A DNA stretch of 64,000 nucleotides from Eubacteriales bacterium (GTDB taxonomy: Bacteria > Bacillota > Clostridia > Oscillospirales > CAG-272): positions 2,427-66,426 of the forward strand of contig JAZRBV010000050.1 of assembly GCA_045635225.1 (NCBI GenBank), in the 5' to 3' direction. The notes beneath the pieces are model-generated. The model was not told where the DNA came from. It made no database searches and saw only the letters and a program-made list of their open reading frames with translations. The position numbers were made by a program, and so were the translations under genes. This document shows positions 1 to 8,931 of this stretch, one piece after another (the first letter of the stretch is position 1; each line of letters starts with the position of its first letter).

Positions 1-1
1 C

Positions 2-2014
2 ACCTACCTTGCCCCGACTATCGCATACAATACCGGCAATTACGGAAAATACATAACGAGCAAGCAGCTCACCGAATTTGCGATCCCCGAGGACGTCACC
101 GAAATAAAGACCGGTGCCTTCGATAACTGCACGGGACTGAAAAAAATAATCATACACGACGGCGTTACCAAGATCGGCGACAGAGCCTTCAAAAACTGTA
201 CGGGACTTACGTCGGTAGCTATTCCCGACAGCGTTACCGAGATCGGAGATAACGCATTTGAAAATTGCACAAATCTCGTCGAGGTAAATATCCCCTACGG
301 TGTCACCGAGATCGGTGACGGAACCTTCCGCAAATGCAAAAGCCTCACGGGCATCGAGATCCCCGGCAGCGTCGTAGCTATCGGCAACTCTGCCTTTGAG
401 GAATGTGAGAAAATAGAAGACCTCGTTATTCCCGACAGCGTCATGATTATCGGTGACAGAGCCTTCGCTATTATTCCGTTCGATAACCTCACCTTCGGAA
501 GAGGTGTGAGGAGCGTCGGACGCGATGCGTTCTGCTATTACGCTATGGATAATCTCCACGTTCAGGATATCTCCGCTTGGCTTCGGATATCCTTCGCAAA
601 CGAGAACTCTAACCCCATGAACGCCGCCCAATACGTCTACCTTAACGGAGAAGTGCTCAAAGATCTTGTCATCCCCGAGGGCACCGCGAGCATCGGTGCT
701 TACGCCTTCTACGATTTAGGTTCTCTCGATAGCGTACACATACCTGCGAGCCTCAGGAGTATCGGTGTGGATGCGTTCAATTGGTGTTTCGTAGATAATA
801 CGTATATAAGCGACTTATCCGCCTGGTGCACTATGGATTTCGGCAATGAGTATTCCGTCACCGGTGGAAATCTGTACGTTAACGGCGAGGCGATCTCGGA
901 CTTAACCGTACCCGAGAACGTTACCGAGATCAAAAATTATGCGTTTTGCAGATTCTACCACCTCGGGGACGTAGTGATTGGCAGAAACGTCGAGCGCATC
1001 GGTATGATGGCATTCGGCGACAGTAATATGTGGAGAATAACCGTAGATGAGCATAACCCCGCCTACGTATGTGTCGACGGCACCCTCTACACAAGAGATA
1101 TGAAGACCCTCATCAGGGTATATGGACACTATAGCGACGAATTCACCGTTCCGTCGAGCGTTACGAGCATCGCCCCTTACGCTTTTTATTGTATGGGTCT
1201 CCGATCTGTCACCATTCCGTCGAGCGTCACGAGCATCGGCGACAGTGCTTTCAGGCGTTGCCGCGAGCTTTCCCGTATCGAAATTCCGTCGAGCATCACC
1301 AAGATCGGTAATTACACCTTTGGAGAATGCATAAGCCTCACCGAGGCGATCATCCACGAGGGTGTCACGAGCATTGGCGAATATGCGTTCTCGAGTTGCC
1401 AACTTCTCACCAACGTGAGTCTTCCCCACAGTGTCGAGTATATCGGCGAATATGCGTTCCTTAGTTGCGAAAGCATCGTTGGCACGGAATACGAGGGTGC
1501 ATATTACATAGGAAACGAGCAAAACCCCTACGTTGCTTTGTATAAAAGCGCCTCAACCTCAATAACGGCGGTCAACGTGCACCGTAATACCAAGCATATT
1601 TTAGATCATGCATTCGAGGGCTGCGAGCAGATAGAAAGCATTGATCTGCCAAACGGACTTATCAGCATCGGCTCTTATGTTTTCAGAGATTGCTGGCTCG
1701 ACGAGCTCGAGCTACCGAAAAGCCTGAAGCGGATAGGCAACGGCGCATTCTTCCAGTGTCGCGGTTTTAAGGAGATCGTCATTCCCGAGGGCGTGACCGA
1801 GATTGGCTCGGGTACATTCTATCACTCGACTCTTGAGAAGGTATATATTCCGAAGAGCGTTACAAAAATAGGCAACGAGGCGTTCTTCCAGTATTATCGA
1901 TACTTCACCGACATATACTATGCCGGAAGTGCCGAGGAATGGAGCGAGATCGAAATAGGTTATAATAACAGCGCTTTCCTTGAAACGAAGATCCGCTATA
2001 ATAAAAAACCGTAA
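2..2014 (+). CDS. BspA-type leucine-rich-repeat surface protein (5' end lies outside the window)
   Basis: Frame 2 is open from the window edge to the stop at 2012-2014. There is no ATG before 443, so the track ORF 443..2014 is a truncation. The translation is a long array of ~23-aa units of the type IP.SVT.IG..AF..C..L (e.g. IPDSVTEIGDNAFENCTNL, IPSSVTSIGDSAFRRCREL). Confidence 0.85.
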   Translation, partial: TYLAPTIAYNTGNYGKYITSKQLTEFAIPEDVTEIKTGAFDNCTGLKKIIIHDGVTKIGDRAFKNCTGLTSVAIPDSVTEIGDNAFENCTNLVEVNIPYGVTEIGDGTFRKCKSLTGIEIPGSVVAIGNSAFEECEKIEDLVIPDSVMIIGDRAFAIIPFDNLTFGRGVRSVGRDAFCYYAMDNLHVQDISAWLRISFANENSNPMNAAQYVYLNGEVLKDLVIPEGTASIGAYAFYDLGSLDSVHIPASLRSIGVDAFNWCFVDNTYISDLSAWCTMDFGNEYSVTGGNLYVNGEAISDLTVPENVTEIKNYAFCRFYHLGDVVIGRNVERIGMMAFGDSNMWRITVDEHNPAYVCVDGTLYTRDMKTLIRVYGHYSDEFTVPSSVTSIAPYAFYCMGLRSVTIPSSVTSIGDSAFRRCRELSRIEIPSSITKIGNYTFGECISLTEAIIHEGVTSIGEYAFSSCQLLTNVSLPHSVEYIGEYAFLSCESIVGTEYEGAYYIGNEQNPYVALYKSASTSITAVNVHRNTKHILDHAFEGCEQIESIDLPNGLISIGSYVFRDCWLDELELPKSLKRIGNGAFFQCRGFKEIVIPEGVTEIGSGTFYHSTLEKVYIPKSVTKIGNEAFFQYYRYFTDIYYAGSAEEWSEIEIGYNNSAFLETKIRYNKKP

Positions 2015-2109
2015 TTGAAAATACGCGGCGAGCCAGTTTTTCAAGGCTCGCCGTTTTTTTGCGGTGTTATATTGTTCGAAAATTCTCGCACAGCCCTGCG
2101 GTATCACGG

Positions 2110-2211
2110 TCACTCTGCCGGCACGACGCGATAGGGCTTGCCGACCTTTTCGGCGTATTCGTCAAGCGCGATATCACTCAGATTTCTTGATCCTACAATA
2201 GCTAATTTCAT
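2110..2211 (-). pseudogene. Internally deleted remnant of a SLOG/DUF2493 gene
   Basis: A 33-aa ORF reads MKLAIVGSRNLSDIALDEYAEKVGKPYRVVPAE. Its N-terminus matches MKVAVIGSR and its C-terminus matches YAVKTGKPCETV of the intact 109-aa paralogue at 12438..12767. The central ~75 aa are missing. It shows the same divergent pairing with an RHH gene. Confidence 0.4.
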
Positions 2212-2322
2212 TTTTTCGAACCTCGTTTGGATATATTTTGAACGCATTATATGTTCATTACTAACATTTTACCACAAAATAAGTGTAAAGTAAACATATA
2301 ATAAATCCAAAGTGAGGTTAAT

Positions 2323-2493
2323 ATGGCTACGGAAAGTTTATCAATAAGAATTGAAGAAGAGATGCTCGACAAGCTACACGTGGTCGCGGACTACGAGGGC
2401 AGAAGCGCAAACAGTCAGATACTCGTGCTTATCCGCGATCTTATCGAGGAATACGAGAAAAAACACGGCGAGATCAAAACGGGAAAGAGATAA
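2323..2493 (+). CDS. Ribbon-helix-helix (Arc/CopG-like) DNA-binding protein, 56 aa
   Basis: ATG 2323 follows AGTGAGG. The translation is MATESLSIRIEEEMLDKLHVVADYEGRSANSQILVLIRDLIEEYEKKHGEIKTGKR, with the pattern beta-strand (LSIRI), helix, G.SAN, helix. It is a paralogue of 12135..12338 (shared GRSAN..IL.LIR..I...EK..GEI). The ORF is below the 60-aa cut-off of the track. Confidence 0.7.
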   Translation: MATESLSIRIEEEMLDKLHVVADYEGRSANSQILVLIRDLIEEYEKKHGEIKTGKR

Positions 2494-2507
2494 ATTTCCA
2501 AAACCCC

Positions 2508-2536
2508 TTGCAAATTTCGCGCGTATATGTTATGAT
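2508..2536 (+). promoter_or_regulatory. SigA-type promoter for the GH88 gene
   Basis: TTGCAA, 17-nt spacer, TATGAT, about 35 nt upstream of ATG 2571. Confidence 0.5.
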
Positions 2537-2570
2537 GAACTTACCTTAACAAAATATAGGGAGAAAGACT

Positions 2571-3722
2571 ATGACCTACAACAAGCTGACAAAAGAAAAG
2601 CTCGAGGCGGCGATGAGTGCTGCCCTCGCGAAAATAGACGGAATGATGGAGAAGTTCACCGTTGATTTCCCCTCCTCGTCGTCGAAGGGCGGCGTGTATG
2701 CTCACATCGAGAACCGCGGAGGCTGGACACAGTGCTTCTACACCGGTATGCTCTTCCTCGCGTATCAGTACACGGGAGACAAGAAGTACCTCGAGCTCGG
2801 CGAGCGGCTGACCGAGTCCTTCATCAACCGAGTTGACAATATGGTTGGAATGGGCGACCACGATATCGGCTTCAACTTCACACTCTCCACCGTTGCGGCG
2901 TATATGACGACGGGCAAGAAGATCTACCGCGAGAAGGCTATCGCGGCGGCACGCGTGCTCGGTGACCGTTTCAGAGAGAAGGGACAGTTCATCCAGATCG
3001 CAGGAGATGCGAACTGCGAGAACAAGGCATATTACCGCCTGATCATCGACTGCCTGATGAACGTTAACCTGCTCTATTGGGCAGGCCGTGAGACGGGCGA
3101 TGCAGAGTTTACTCGCAAGGGCTTCTCTCACTTCAACACCACGATGGAGACGGTCGTACGCGACGACGGCTCGACCTTCCAGAACTTCTACTTTGATCCC
3201 GCGACGGGTGCAAGACTCGGCGGCGGCACGAAGCAGGGTCTCTCCGCGACCAGCTGCTGGTCGCGCGGTCAGGCGTGGGGCGTGACGGGTGTTCCCTTCA
3301 CCTACTCCTATATGAAAAACGACGGGGTACTCCCGAAGTATTATACGATCGTCGACTACTTCCTCGCTAACCTCCCGACCGACAAGATCGCGTACTGGGA
3401 TCTCGACTTCACCGACGGCGGTGAGCCTCGCGACAGCTCTGCGGCATCCATCGCGGTATGCGGTCTCATAGAGGCTACGCGCAATATGCCTCTCGACGAG
3501 GAGCATAAGGCGCGCTACGCGGCGGCTATGGAGGATATTATGTGCGCCCTCATCGACGAGTGTGCGACACAGCCCGGTGACGGCGTCGACGGTCTTCTTC
3601 TCCACGGAACCTACTACTACGCAGGCAAGCTCGGCATCGACGAGTGCTGTATCTGGGGCGACTACTTCTATATGGAAGCGCTCATGCGCCTCCTTCGTCC
3701 CGAGTGGAAAAAGTATTGGTGA
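2571..3722 (+). CDS. Glycoside hydrolase family 88 (unsaturated glucuronyl hydrolase-like)
   Basis: 383 aa, with RBS GGGAGAAAG upstream. GH88-type motifs are present: DHDIGF, CWSRGQAWG, PRDSSAASIA, IWGDYFYMEAL. Confidence 0.9.
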   Translation: MTYNKLTKEKLEAAMSAALAKIDGMMEKFTVDFPSSSSKGGVYAHIENRGGWTQCFYTGMLFLAYQYTGDKKYLELGERLTESFINRVDNMVGMGDHDIGFNFTLSTVAAYMTTGKKIYREKAIAAARVLGDRFREKGQFIQIAGDANCENKAYYRLIIDCLMNVNLLYWAGRETGDAEFTRKGFSHFNTTMETVVRDDGSTFQNFYFDPATGARLGGGTKQGLSATSCWSRGQAWGVTGVPFTYSYMKNDGVLPKYYTIVDYFLANLPTDKIAYWDLDFTDGGEPRDSSAASIAVCGLIEATRNMPLDEEHKARYAAAMEDIMCALIDECATQPGDGVDGLLLHGTYYYAGKLGIDECCIWGDYFYMEALMRLLRPEWKKYW

Positions 3723-3841
3723 TGCACGCCACAGGTGTGTAGCTTTGACCGCGTAGAATTTTCACTTTGACAAAAGTGCAAGCATCGCATTTGACCGGTC
3801 AAACACACTTTGAGCTAATCACAAACCCTTATACAAACTGA

Positions 3842-3890
3842 AAGAGCAAGAATAGAAGGATTTTCTCCTCTTATTCTTGCTCTTGTTTTT
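3842..3890 (+). terminator. Rho-independent terminator of the GH88 gene
   Basis: Stem AAGAGCAAGAATAGAAGGA / TCCTCTTATTCTTGCTCTT followed by GTTTTT. Its 3' arm lies inside the 41-bp direct repeat. Confidence 0.7.
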
Positions 3891-3900
3891 CTTTCTGTCG
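3860..3900. repeat. 41-bp direct repeat, left copy
   Basis: ATTTTCTCCTCTTATTCTTGCTCTTGTTTTTCTTTCTGTCG, identical to 6607..6647. Confidence 0.95.
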
Positions 3901-3999
3901 ATATATTCACTTTCGTGAAATATGTTCCCGAAATGTAAATATCAACTCCGTTTGCGATATTTATGGGAATAATCGCGTTGCTTTTTTGCTATAAATGTG

Positions 4000-4028
4000 T
4001 TGACATTATTCCCGAAAAATGATACAAT
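4000..4028 (+). promoter_or_regulatory. Consensus SigA promoter of the Fic gene
   Basis: TTGACA, 17 nt, TACAAT. Confidence 0.6.
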
Positions 4029-4068
4029 GTACTATGTAATATTGCATTTTGCCGAGGAGGAAACTCTA

Positions 4069-4968
4069 ATGGAATATATTAAGGTATCAAAAGCTGCTGA
4101 AAAGTGGGGGATTTCTGCACGCCGCGTTCGTGTTTTGTGCGCGGAGGGCAAGATTGACGGTGTGATCCGCAAAGGGAAACTCTATATGATTCCCGAAAAT
4201 GCCGCTAAACCTATGGATGGAAGAAAAGGCAGAACGGGACTCCTAACCGATATTGAAAAGAAACGCGAGCTTCTTTCAACAAAGCGTCCTCTGACGCCCG
4301 GAGAGGTAGAAAGACTTGCCGAGGAGTTTATGATTGACTTCACTTACAACTCCAATGCTATAGAGGGCAACACGCTGACATTGAAAGAAACGGCATTAGC
4401 TCTTGAAGGAATAACGATCGACCAAAAGCCGCTCAAGGATCATCTTGAAGCCGTAGGACACCGTGATGCTTTCCTCTACGTTCAAGAAATAGCTAAGAAT
4501 GAGGTCGAGCTTTCGGAATACGTTATAAAAAACATTCACGCTCTTGTTTTGATGAACCTCCCCGAGGACAAGGGACAGTATCGCCGTATTCCCGTCCGCA
4601 TTATGGGGGCATATACCGAGCCTGTTCAGCCGTATTTGATTGAACCAAAGATGACCGAATTGCTCGCTATCAATGAAGAACGCAAAACAGGAATGACGAC
4701 TGTTGAGCGTATTGCGCGTTTCCATCTTGAATTTGAGGGTATTCACCCTTTCATTGACGGAAACGGAAGAACGGGACGTCTGATTCTCAATCTTGAATTG
4801 ATACGCAACGGATTCCCGCCAATCAACGTAAAGTTTACAGATCGCAAGCGTTACTATGATGCTTTCGATGCCTTTTACCGCGATAACGATGCAGGCGTGA
4901 TGATAGATCTTATTGCGGAGTATGTGGACGAAAGACTTGATGAATATTTGGCTATTCTTTCGCAGTAA
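4069..4968 (+). CDS. Fic-family AMPylase-type protein with N-terminal helix-turn-helix (class II, intramolecular inhibitory motif)
   Basis: The start was moved to ATG 4069, which has a GAGGAGG RBS. The N-terminus MEYIKVSKAAEKWGISARRVRVLCAEGKIDG is MerR/excisionase-like HTH. The motif SNAIEG fits [S/T]xxxE[G/N]. The canonical Fic motif HPFIDGNGRTGR is present. Confidence 0.9.
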   Translation: MEYIKVSKAAEKWGISARRVRVLCAEGKIDGVIRKGKLYMIPENAAKPMDGRKGRTGLLTDIEKKRELLSTKRPLTPGEVERLAEEFMIDFTYNSNAIEGNTLTLKETALALEGITIDQKPLKDHLEAVGHRDAFLYVQEIAKNEVELSEYVIKNIHALVLMNLPEDKGQYRRIPVRIMGAYTEPVQPYLIEPKMTELLAINEERKTGMTTVERIARFHLEFEGIHPFIDGNGRTGRLILNLELIRNGFPPINVKFTDRKRYYDAFDAFYRDNDAGVMIDLIAEYVDERLDEYLAILSQ

Positions 4969-5103
4969 TAATAGGATAAAGCAAGCGACAGCTCAATACT
5001 AATGTGCCCCCTGTCAAGTAGACAGACTAAAAAACAAAAAGAATTTGTTAATTAAATAAGATTCTTTCTACTCCCCCTGCTGCGCAGCAGGGGGAGATTT
5101 TCG

Positions 5104-5952
5104 TCACGCGGCGGTGGCAAAGTAATACTCGCAAGGCGTCATACAATTAAGACGCTTCTGGTATCGGCGAGTATTGTAAAAGTGTATGTAGTTTTCAATA
5201 GCGGAAACGAGTTCTTCACGGCTTGTGAACTTTTTAAGATAGTACATCTCGGACTTTAAGATGCCCCACCAGCCCTCCATTGGAGCATTATCAAGGCATC
5301 TACCTACGCGCGACATACTCTGGATCATTCCGGCATTTATGAGCTTTTGGTGAAACACTTTGTTTGTATACTGAAATCCTCTGTCGCTATGGAAGATTGG
5401 CTTTGCATTTGGATAAAGGCTCGTTGCTTCATCAAAGGTTTCAAATACAAGCGCATTATTGTTGCTGTCACCGAGCTTGTACGCAATAATACGTCTGTCG
5501 TAAAGGTCAAGTATTGCAGAAAGATAAAGCTTCTTAACTTCAGGACCAATGTAATACTTGAATTCGGTAACGTCGGTAAGCCACTTTTCAAACGGAACGG
5601 TTGCTTTGAAGTCTCTGTTCAGAATATTCTCAGCAGTAATCTCGGGTGTGGATTTAATATAATCCGGGCGTTTTCTACGTATTACAGACTTTAATCCAAG
5701 TATCTGCATAATGCGTCGAACTCTCTTAATGTTAATTACGTGAGGAAGCTCGTCTATCTTTTCTCGGTTAATGTTAATACACATTTGTCTGTATCCGAGA
5801 ACTCCGTTGCTTTCCTCGTAGAAATCCTTAATGTATTCTGTAATTTGTCTGTTTAAAAGCTCACTTTTGCTTGCCTTCCTGCTTTTCCACTTGTAATACG
5901 AAGATCTATTTAAATTCAATGCAATACATATTTCCTTTATGGAATAACCCAT
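5104..5952 (-). CDS. IS3-family transposase OrfB (DDE/rve catalytic domain), normally made as an OrfAB fusion
   Basis: Integrase-core features are present (WLTDVTEF..., HSDRGFQYT, ...DNAPMEGWWGILK). The frame stays open upstream of ATG 5952 back to the slippery site. Confidence 0.9.
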   Translation of the reverse strand: MGYSIKEICIALNLNRSSYYKWKSRKASKSELLNRQITEYIKDFYEESNGVLGYRQMCININREKIDELPHVINIKRVRRIMQILGLKSVIRRKRPDYIKSTPEITAENILNRDFKATVPFEKWLTDVTEFKYYIGPEVKKLYLSAILDLYDRRIIAYKLGDSNNNALVFETFDEATSLYPNAKPIFHSDRGFQYTNKVFHQKLINAGMIQSMSRVGRCLDNAPMEGWWGILKSEMYYLKKFTSREELVSAIENYIHFYNTRRYQKRLNCMTPCEYYFATAA

Positions 5953-6005
5953 ATGCGTGTTAAGAAATTCAATTGTTATGTAGATATACTCTTGTCTTAC
6001 TCCGG

Positions 6006-6533
6006 TCAGCGACCACCCCCTATGAGTTCCTGCAATTTTTTTATGAATTCGTTCTCTATTTCAAGCTGTCTGTTCTTAGCTTCCAGTAGCTTCATTTGTG
6101 CTTTGAGCTTTTCTATCTCGGACATTTCTTCCGCAGGCTTTGTTCTGCCACGGTTATCCTTTAATCCGTCTATTCCGCTTTCTTCGTACTTGCGTACCCA
6201 AGAATATATTTGGTTGTATGAAACCCCGTATGTTTCTACCGTTAAACCATAATCCTTGTTGTGTACAATACAGAATGCTACTATCTCTGCTCGTTCTTCT
6301 TGGGTGGTTCTTCTTCCTTTGGTCATATAGATCTCTCCTTTGGCTCCATTACGCCTCTTTATTTCTTTATGACCATTATACCACATAATCCAATTGCTGA
6401 ATGTACTTTTGCCTAAAATCTCAAATTGTTTACAAATTTTTCGTATGCTTCCTTCTCCTCGTAAATATGCTTCTACTGCTGCAACTCTGAGTTCTTGGCT
6501 GTATTTCTCGTTCTTGCGTGTTTTTCTTGGCAT
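6006..6533 (-). CDS. IS3-family transposase OrfA (HTH domains, leucine-zipper C-terminus)
   Basis: 175 aa. It carries two HTH-like segments (IRKICKQFEILGKSTFSNWI; YGVSYNQIYSWVRKY) and a coiled-coil KLKAQMKLLEAKNRQLEIENEF. Confidence 0.9.
   Translation of the reverse strand: MPRKTRKNEKYSQELRVAAVEAYLRGEGSIRKICKQFEILGKSTFSNWIMWYNGHKEIKRRNGAKGEIYMTKGRRTTQEERAEIVAFCIVHNKDYGLTVETYGVSYNQIYSWVRKYEESGIDGLKDNRGRTKPAEEMSEIEKLKAQMKLLEAKNRQLEIENEFIKKLQELIGGGR
6036..6042 (-). promoter_or_regulatory. Programmed -1 ribosomal frameshift site (A AAA AAA)
   Basis: The minus strand reads ATA AAA AAA TTG near the end of orfA. A -1 slip gives KKIAGTHRGWSLTGVRQEYIYITIEFLNTHMGYSIK with no stop, joining OrfA to OrfB. 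Confidence 0.7.
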
Positions 6534-6606
6534 AAAAATAACCCCCTTAGTGTAGTCTTGAAAACTTTTTGTTTTTTCAAGTGTCTACTCTAAGGGGATT
6601 ATATCA

Positions 6607-6647
6607 ATTTTCTCCTCTTATTCTTGCTCTTGTTTTTCTTTCTGTCG
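6607..6647. repeat. 41-bp direct repeat, right copy
   Basis: Identical to 3860..3900. It starts immediately after the CA end of the IS. Confidence 0.95.
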
Positions 6648-6691
6648 TAGGTCGCATGTCTATTATAGCACAACCGCACCGCTTTGCAAAT

Positions 6692-6734
6692 ACCAAAATT
6701 AAGGGGCTGTCTCAAATAAAAGCGAGACAGCCCC
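6692..6734 (-). terminator. Rho-independent terminator of the small membrane-protein gene
   Basis: Stem GGGGCTGTCTC / GAGACAGCCCC. On the minus strand it is followed by TTAATTTTGG. Confidence 0.6.
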
Positions 6735-6783
6735 CATCGCCGCGCCGACGTTTCGGTCTACGGGCGGCGTATTATGATGTATA

Positions 6784-7011
6784 TTAGTCCTTCTTGTAGC
6801 CTATGTTAGAAGCCTTGTTGGGATCGAAGAAGAGGTTGCAGATAGAAGCAACTACGCCGTAGATACCCATGGTGATCATAGAAAGGAAGATGTATGCAAG
6901 AGTTCTGGAAGTGAAGCCTGCGGGCTTAAGAGATGTGTGGTTGATGATAAGGCTTCCGAGCCAGCCGAGGAAGAAAGTGAGCAGGAAACGAATAAGATTG
7001 TTGTTATCCAT
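6784..7011 (-). CDS. Small two-TM membrane protein (TM2-domain-like)
   Basis: The start was moved to MDNNN (ATG 7011), preceded by GGAGGATTACAAA. There are two hydrophobic segments; FFLGWLGSLIINH loosely resembles the TM2 signature. Confidence 0.5.
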   Translation of the reverse strand: MDNNNLIRFLLTFFLGWLGSLIINHTSLKPAGFTSRTLAYIFLSMITMGIYGVVASICNLFFDPNKASNIGYKKD

Positions 7012-7205
7012 TTTGTAATCCTCCAAAGAGTTATTTAAAAAAATACCGCGACGCCGCACGCACCGAAAAACGCGCAAAGCTGCCGTCGGACAAACGGGCT
7101 TTTCGTCGAAAAACTCATTTGATAAGTCAATTATAGCACTGTTTGAAGGATTTGTAAATATTATTTCACAACATTTTTAACTTTATTTAAACTTTTTTTG
7201 CGTTA

Positions 7206-7709
7206 TTACTTACCGAGCTTTAGCTCGTTTAGGTAATTGCGATACTCTACGAGCCTTGTCGCTGAATCCTTATAGTTGACAGCGGCGAGCTCCTCCATGG
7301 TTCTGACGACATCCTCATAGTTTTTTATTCTGGAGCTATGCTCATAGAATGTGTCCTTAAATATAAGGGCGGTCTTTATCGCCTTGTTATATTTATGCTC
7401 TTTATAATCGTCACTCATCGCGTCGGATGTGCTCGGTTTGGTACTATTTATGGAGTCCGAGGTAACGGTTACCGTTGTCGCGGGTATGCTACTCGGTGCG
7501 GCAGATACCGTGGGAGTGACAGAGGGACGCGCGTGAAGATCAGGCAGAGCCGCCGCGTAAATGTAACCGACAGCTCCTAAAAAGAAGCAGAGCACAAACG
7601 TAACGGTGGTGTCGTGCCCCTTTTGCATAGCGAGCTTGGAAAATGTGTTAGCCACCAGAAAATTGATCAAAAGCGCAAACAGTGCGCCTAAAATTATGAG
7701 TGCAGGCAT
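7206..7709 (-). CDS. Membrane-anchored hypothetical protein
   Basis: 167 aa, RBS GGAGGAC. It has two N-terminal TM helices, a Pro/Ser/Thr linker and a helical C-terminus. No motif was recognised. Confidence 0.6.
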   Translation of the reverse strand: MPALIILGALFALLINFLVANTFSKLAMQKGHDTTVTFVLCFFLGAVGYIYAAALPDLHARPSVTPTVSAAPSSIPATTVTVTSDSINSTKPSTSDAMSDDYKEHKYNKAIKTALIFKDTFYEHSSRIKNYEDVVRTMEELAAVNYKDSATRLVEYRNYLNELKLGK

Positions 7710-7815
7710 TTTTTAGTCCTCCTGAAAATTAATATCTTCGACGGTGGCGAAGCACCGACGCATATAATCATATCACGCCGCTTGGTTTTTTACCTCTTGA
7801 AGTAGTAAAAGCTCG

Positions 7816-8610
7816 TCACAAAATTATCATAAAGCTTGCATATCCGTGCTCGTCGACGTGCATCACGCGGTATTCAACGTCATCGAGTGTACCGTCGTCA
7901 AGCTTTGGCAAGAGATCGCTAAGGTACATTCTAACTGCCTTCTCGAGAAAATGCTCGTATCCGAAAACACGTATAAGTGTCGGTAGCGGGGCGCGCCCTG
8001 TTCGGTATCCTATCACGGTATAATCCTGTGGGGATTCCTTATATATTCGGTAGCAGAGATCCTCGTACTCCTTTGTCGGAATAGTGAAGGTGTAGCGGCG
8101 CTTCCTCTCGATATCGGAGCCGTTGGAGCTCGTGACTGCACGCAGTAGCTGCTCGGGCGTCAGCCTGCCTCGAACGGTATCAATGATCAGAGGCGCGAAT
8201 GCCTCGACGGCATTGTGTACCGTGGCGAACATATACCCAAAGCCGTCCTCGGTGTCGCAGGCAAACAGATCGTACGGGACCGCCATAGATATCTCGACTG
8301 TACCGCTGTTATAATAATCGACCGTTCCCTGAGACATACGAAGCTGTATTACGTTCAGCGCAGGAAGAATGTCACGGTGAATACTCTCGGGTATCTGCTC
8401 GGGCAACGGACAGGTTATCATAAACTGTTTGTGCGGCTCGCGGAAGATCAGTATGTAATCGAGCTCCTCTGCGATGCTTTTGCTCTTCACCTTGATGAGC
8501 ATATGATCATCGTACTCATGATAGTAGAAGCTGGATTTGTTAAGACAACGCTTTACGTTGTCGAGTATGCTTTGTTGCTTTTCGTTTTGTGCAGTCATAT
8601 TTACGAGCAT
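7816..8610 (-). CDS. Hypothetical protein; the N-terminal half resembles the YbjN/T3SS-chaperone-like fold
   Basis: 264-aa ORF, RBS AAGGAAAGGG. The assignment is by composition and pattern only. The start could be 8610 or 8598. Confidence 0.5.
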   Translation of the reverse strand: MLVNMTAQNEKQQSILDNVKRCLNKSSFYYHEYDDHMLIKVKSKSIAEELDYILIFREPHKQFMITCPLPEQIPESIHRDILPALNVIQLRMSQGTVDYYNSGTVEISMAVPYDLFACDTEDGFGYMFATVHNAVEAFAPLIIDTVRGRLTPEQLLRAVTSSNGSDIERKRRYTFTIPTKEYEDLCYRIYKESPQDYTVIGYRTGRAPLPTLIRVFGYEHFLEKAVRMYLSDLLPKLDDGTLDDVEYRVMHVDEHGYASFMIIL

Positions 8611-8831
8611 CCCTTTCCTTGTGCGGTCGTTTGTTCACTACTTTATAATTATATCACAGCCTACGCCTTTTGTAAATATTCTTTTTTCATTATCGACGAT
8701 CTGCAAAAAGACTGTTATAGCATAATAAAAGCCACGGACACATTTTGCCGCGAAAAACTAAATGCGCGCCGCGGCATGCCGGAGGTACTCTTTCGGTACT
8801 ATTTTTCATTGTGAAAAGTAGCAAAGTATTA

Positions 8832-8860
8832 TTGACAACCGTATGAAAAGGTGCTAATAT
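8832..8860 (+). promoter_or_regulatory. SigA-type promoter of the lyase gene
   Basis: TTGACA, 17 nt, TAATAT. Confidence 0.5.
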
Positions 8861-8931
8861 AGAGTTAATGTCACCGATGCGCGTCACTGACCTGTCACTG
8901 CCGCGTGGCAAAACAAAAGGAGAATATAGCT

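Larger units (their letters stand above)
5003..6606 (-). mobile_element. IS3-family (IS150-like) insertion sequence; ends approximate
   Basis: There are two overlapping-frame transposase ORFs with an A7 slippery site. Imperfect terminal inverted repeats are present. The left end is TG(TG)CCCCCTGTCAAGTAGACAGACTAAAAAACAAAAAG (from ~5003). The right end is the reverse complement of CTTTTTGTTTTTTCAAGTGTCTACTCTAAGGGGATTATATCA (ends 6606). They share GTAGACA and AAAAAACAAAAAG blocks, and the ends are TG...CA. A perfect 12-bp hairpin plus T-run (5071..5101, + strand) sits between the left IR and the orfB stop. Confidence 0.8.

Noticed and set aside
902-1522. A 206-aa minus-strand ORF and other ORFs (40-270, 295-492, 709-933, 1122-1334, 1712-2113) inside the LRR gene.
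   Set aside because: All overlap the continuous LRR reading frame. Their translations mirror the repeat periodicity and have no independent signals.
2351-2665. A 104-aa plus-strand ORF overlapping the RHH gene end and the GH88 start.
   Set aside because: It is out of frame with two well-supported genes, has an Arg-rich junk composition and has no RBS.
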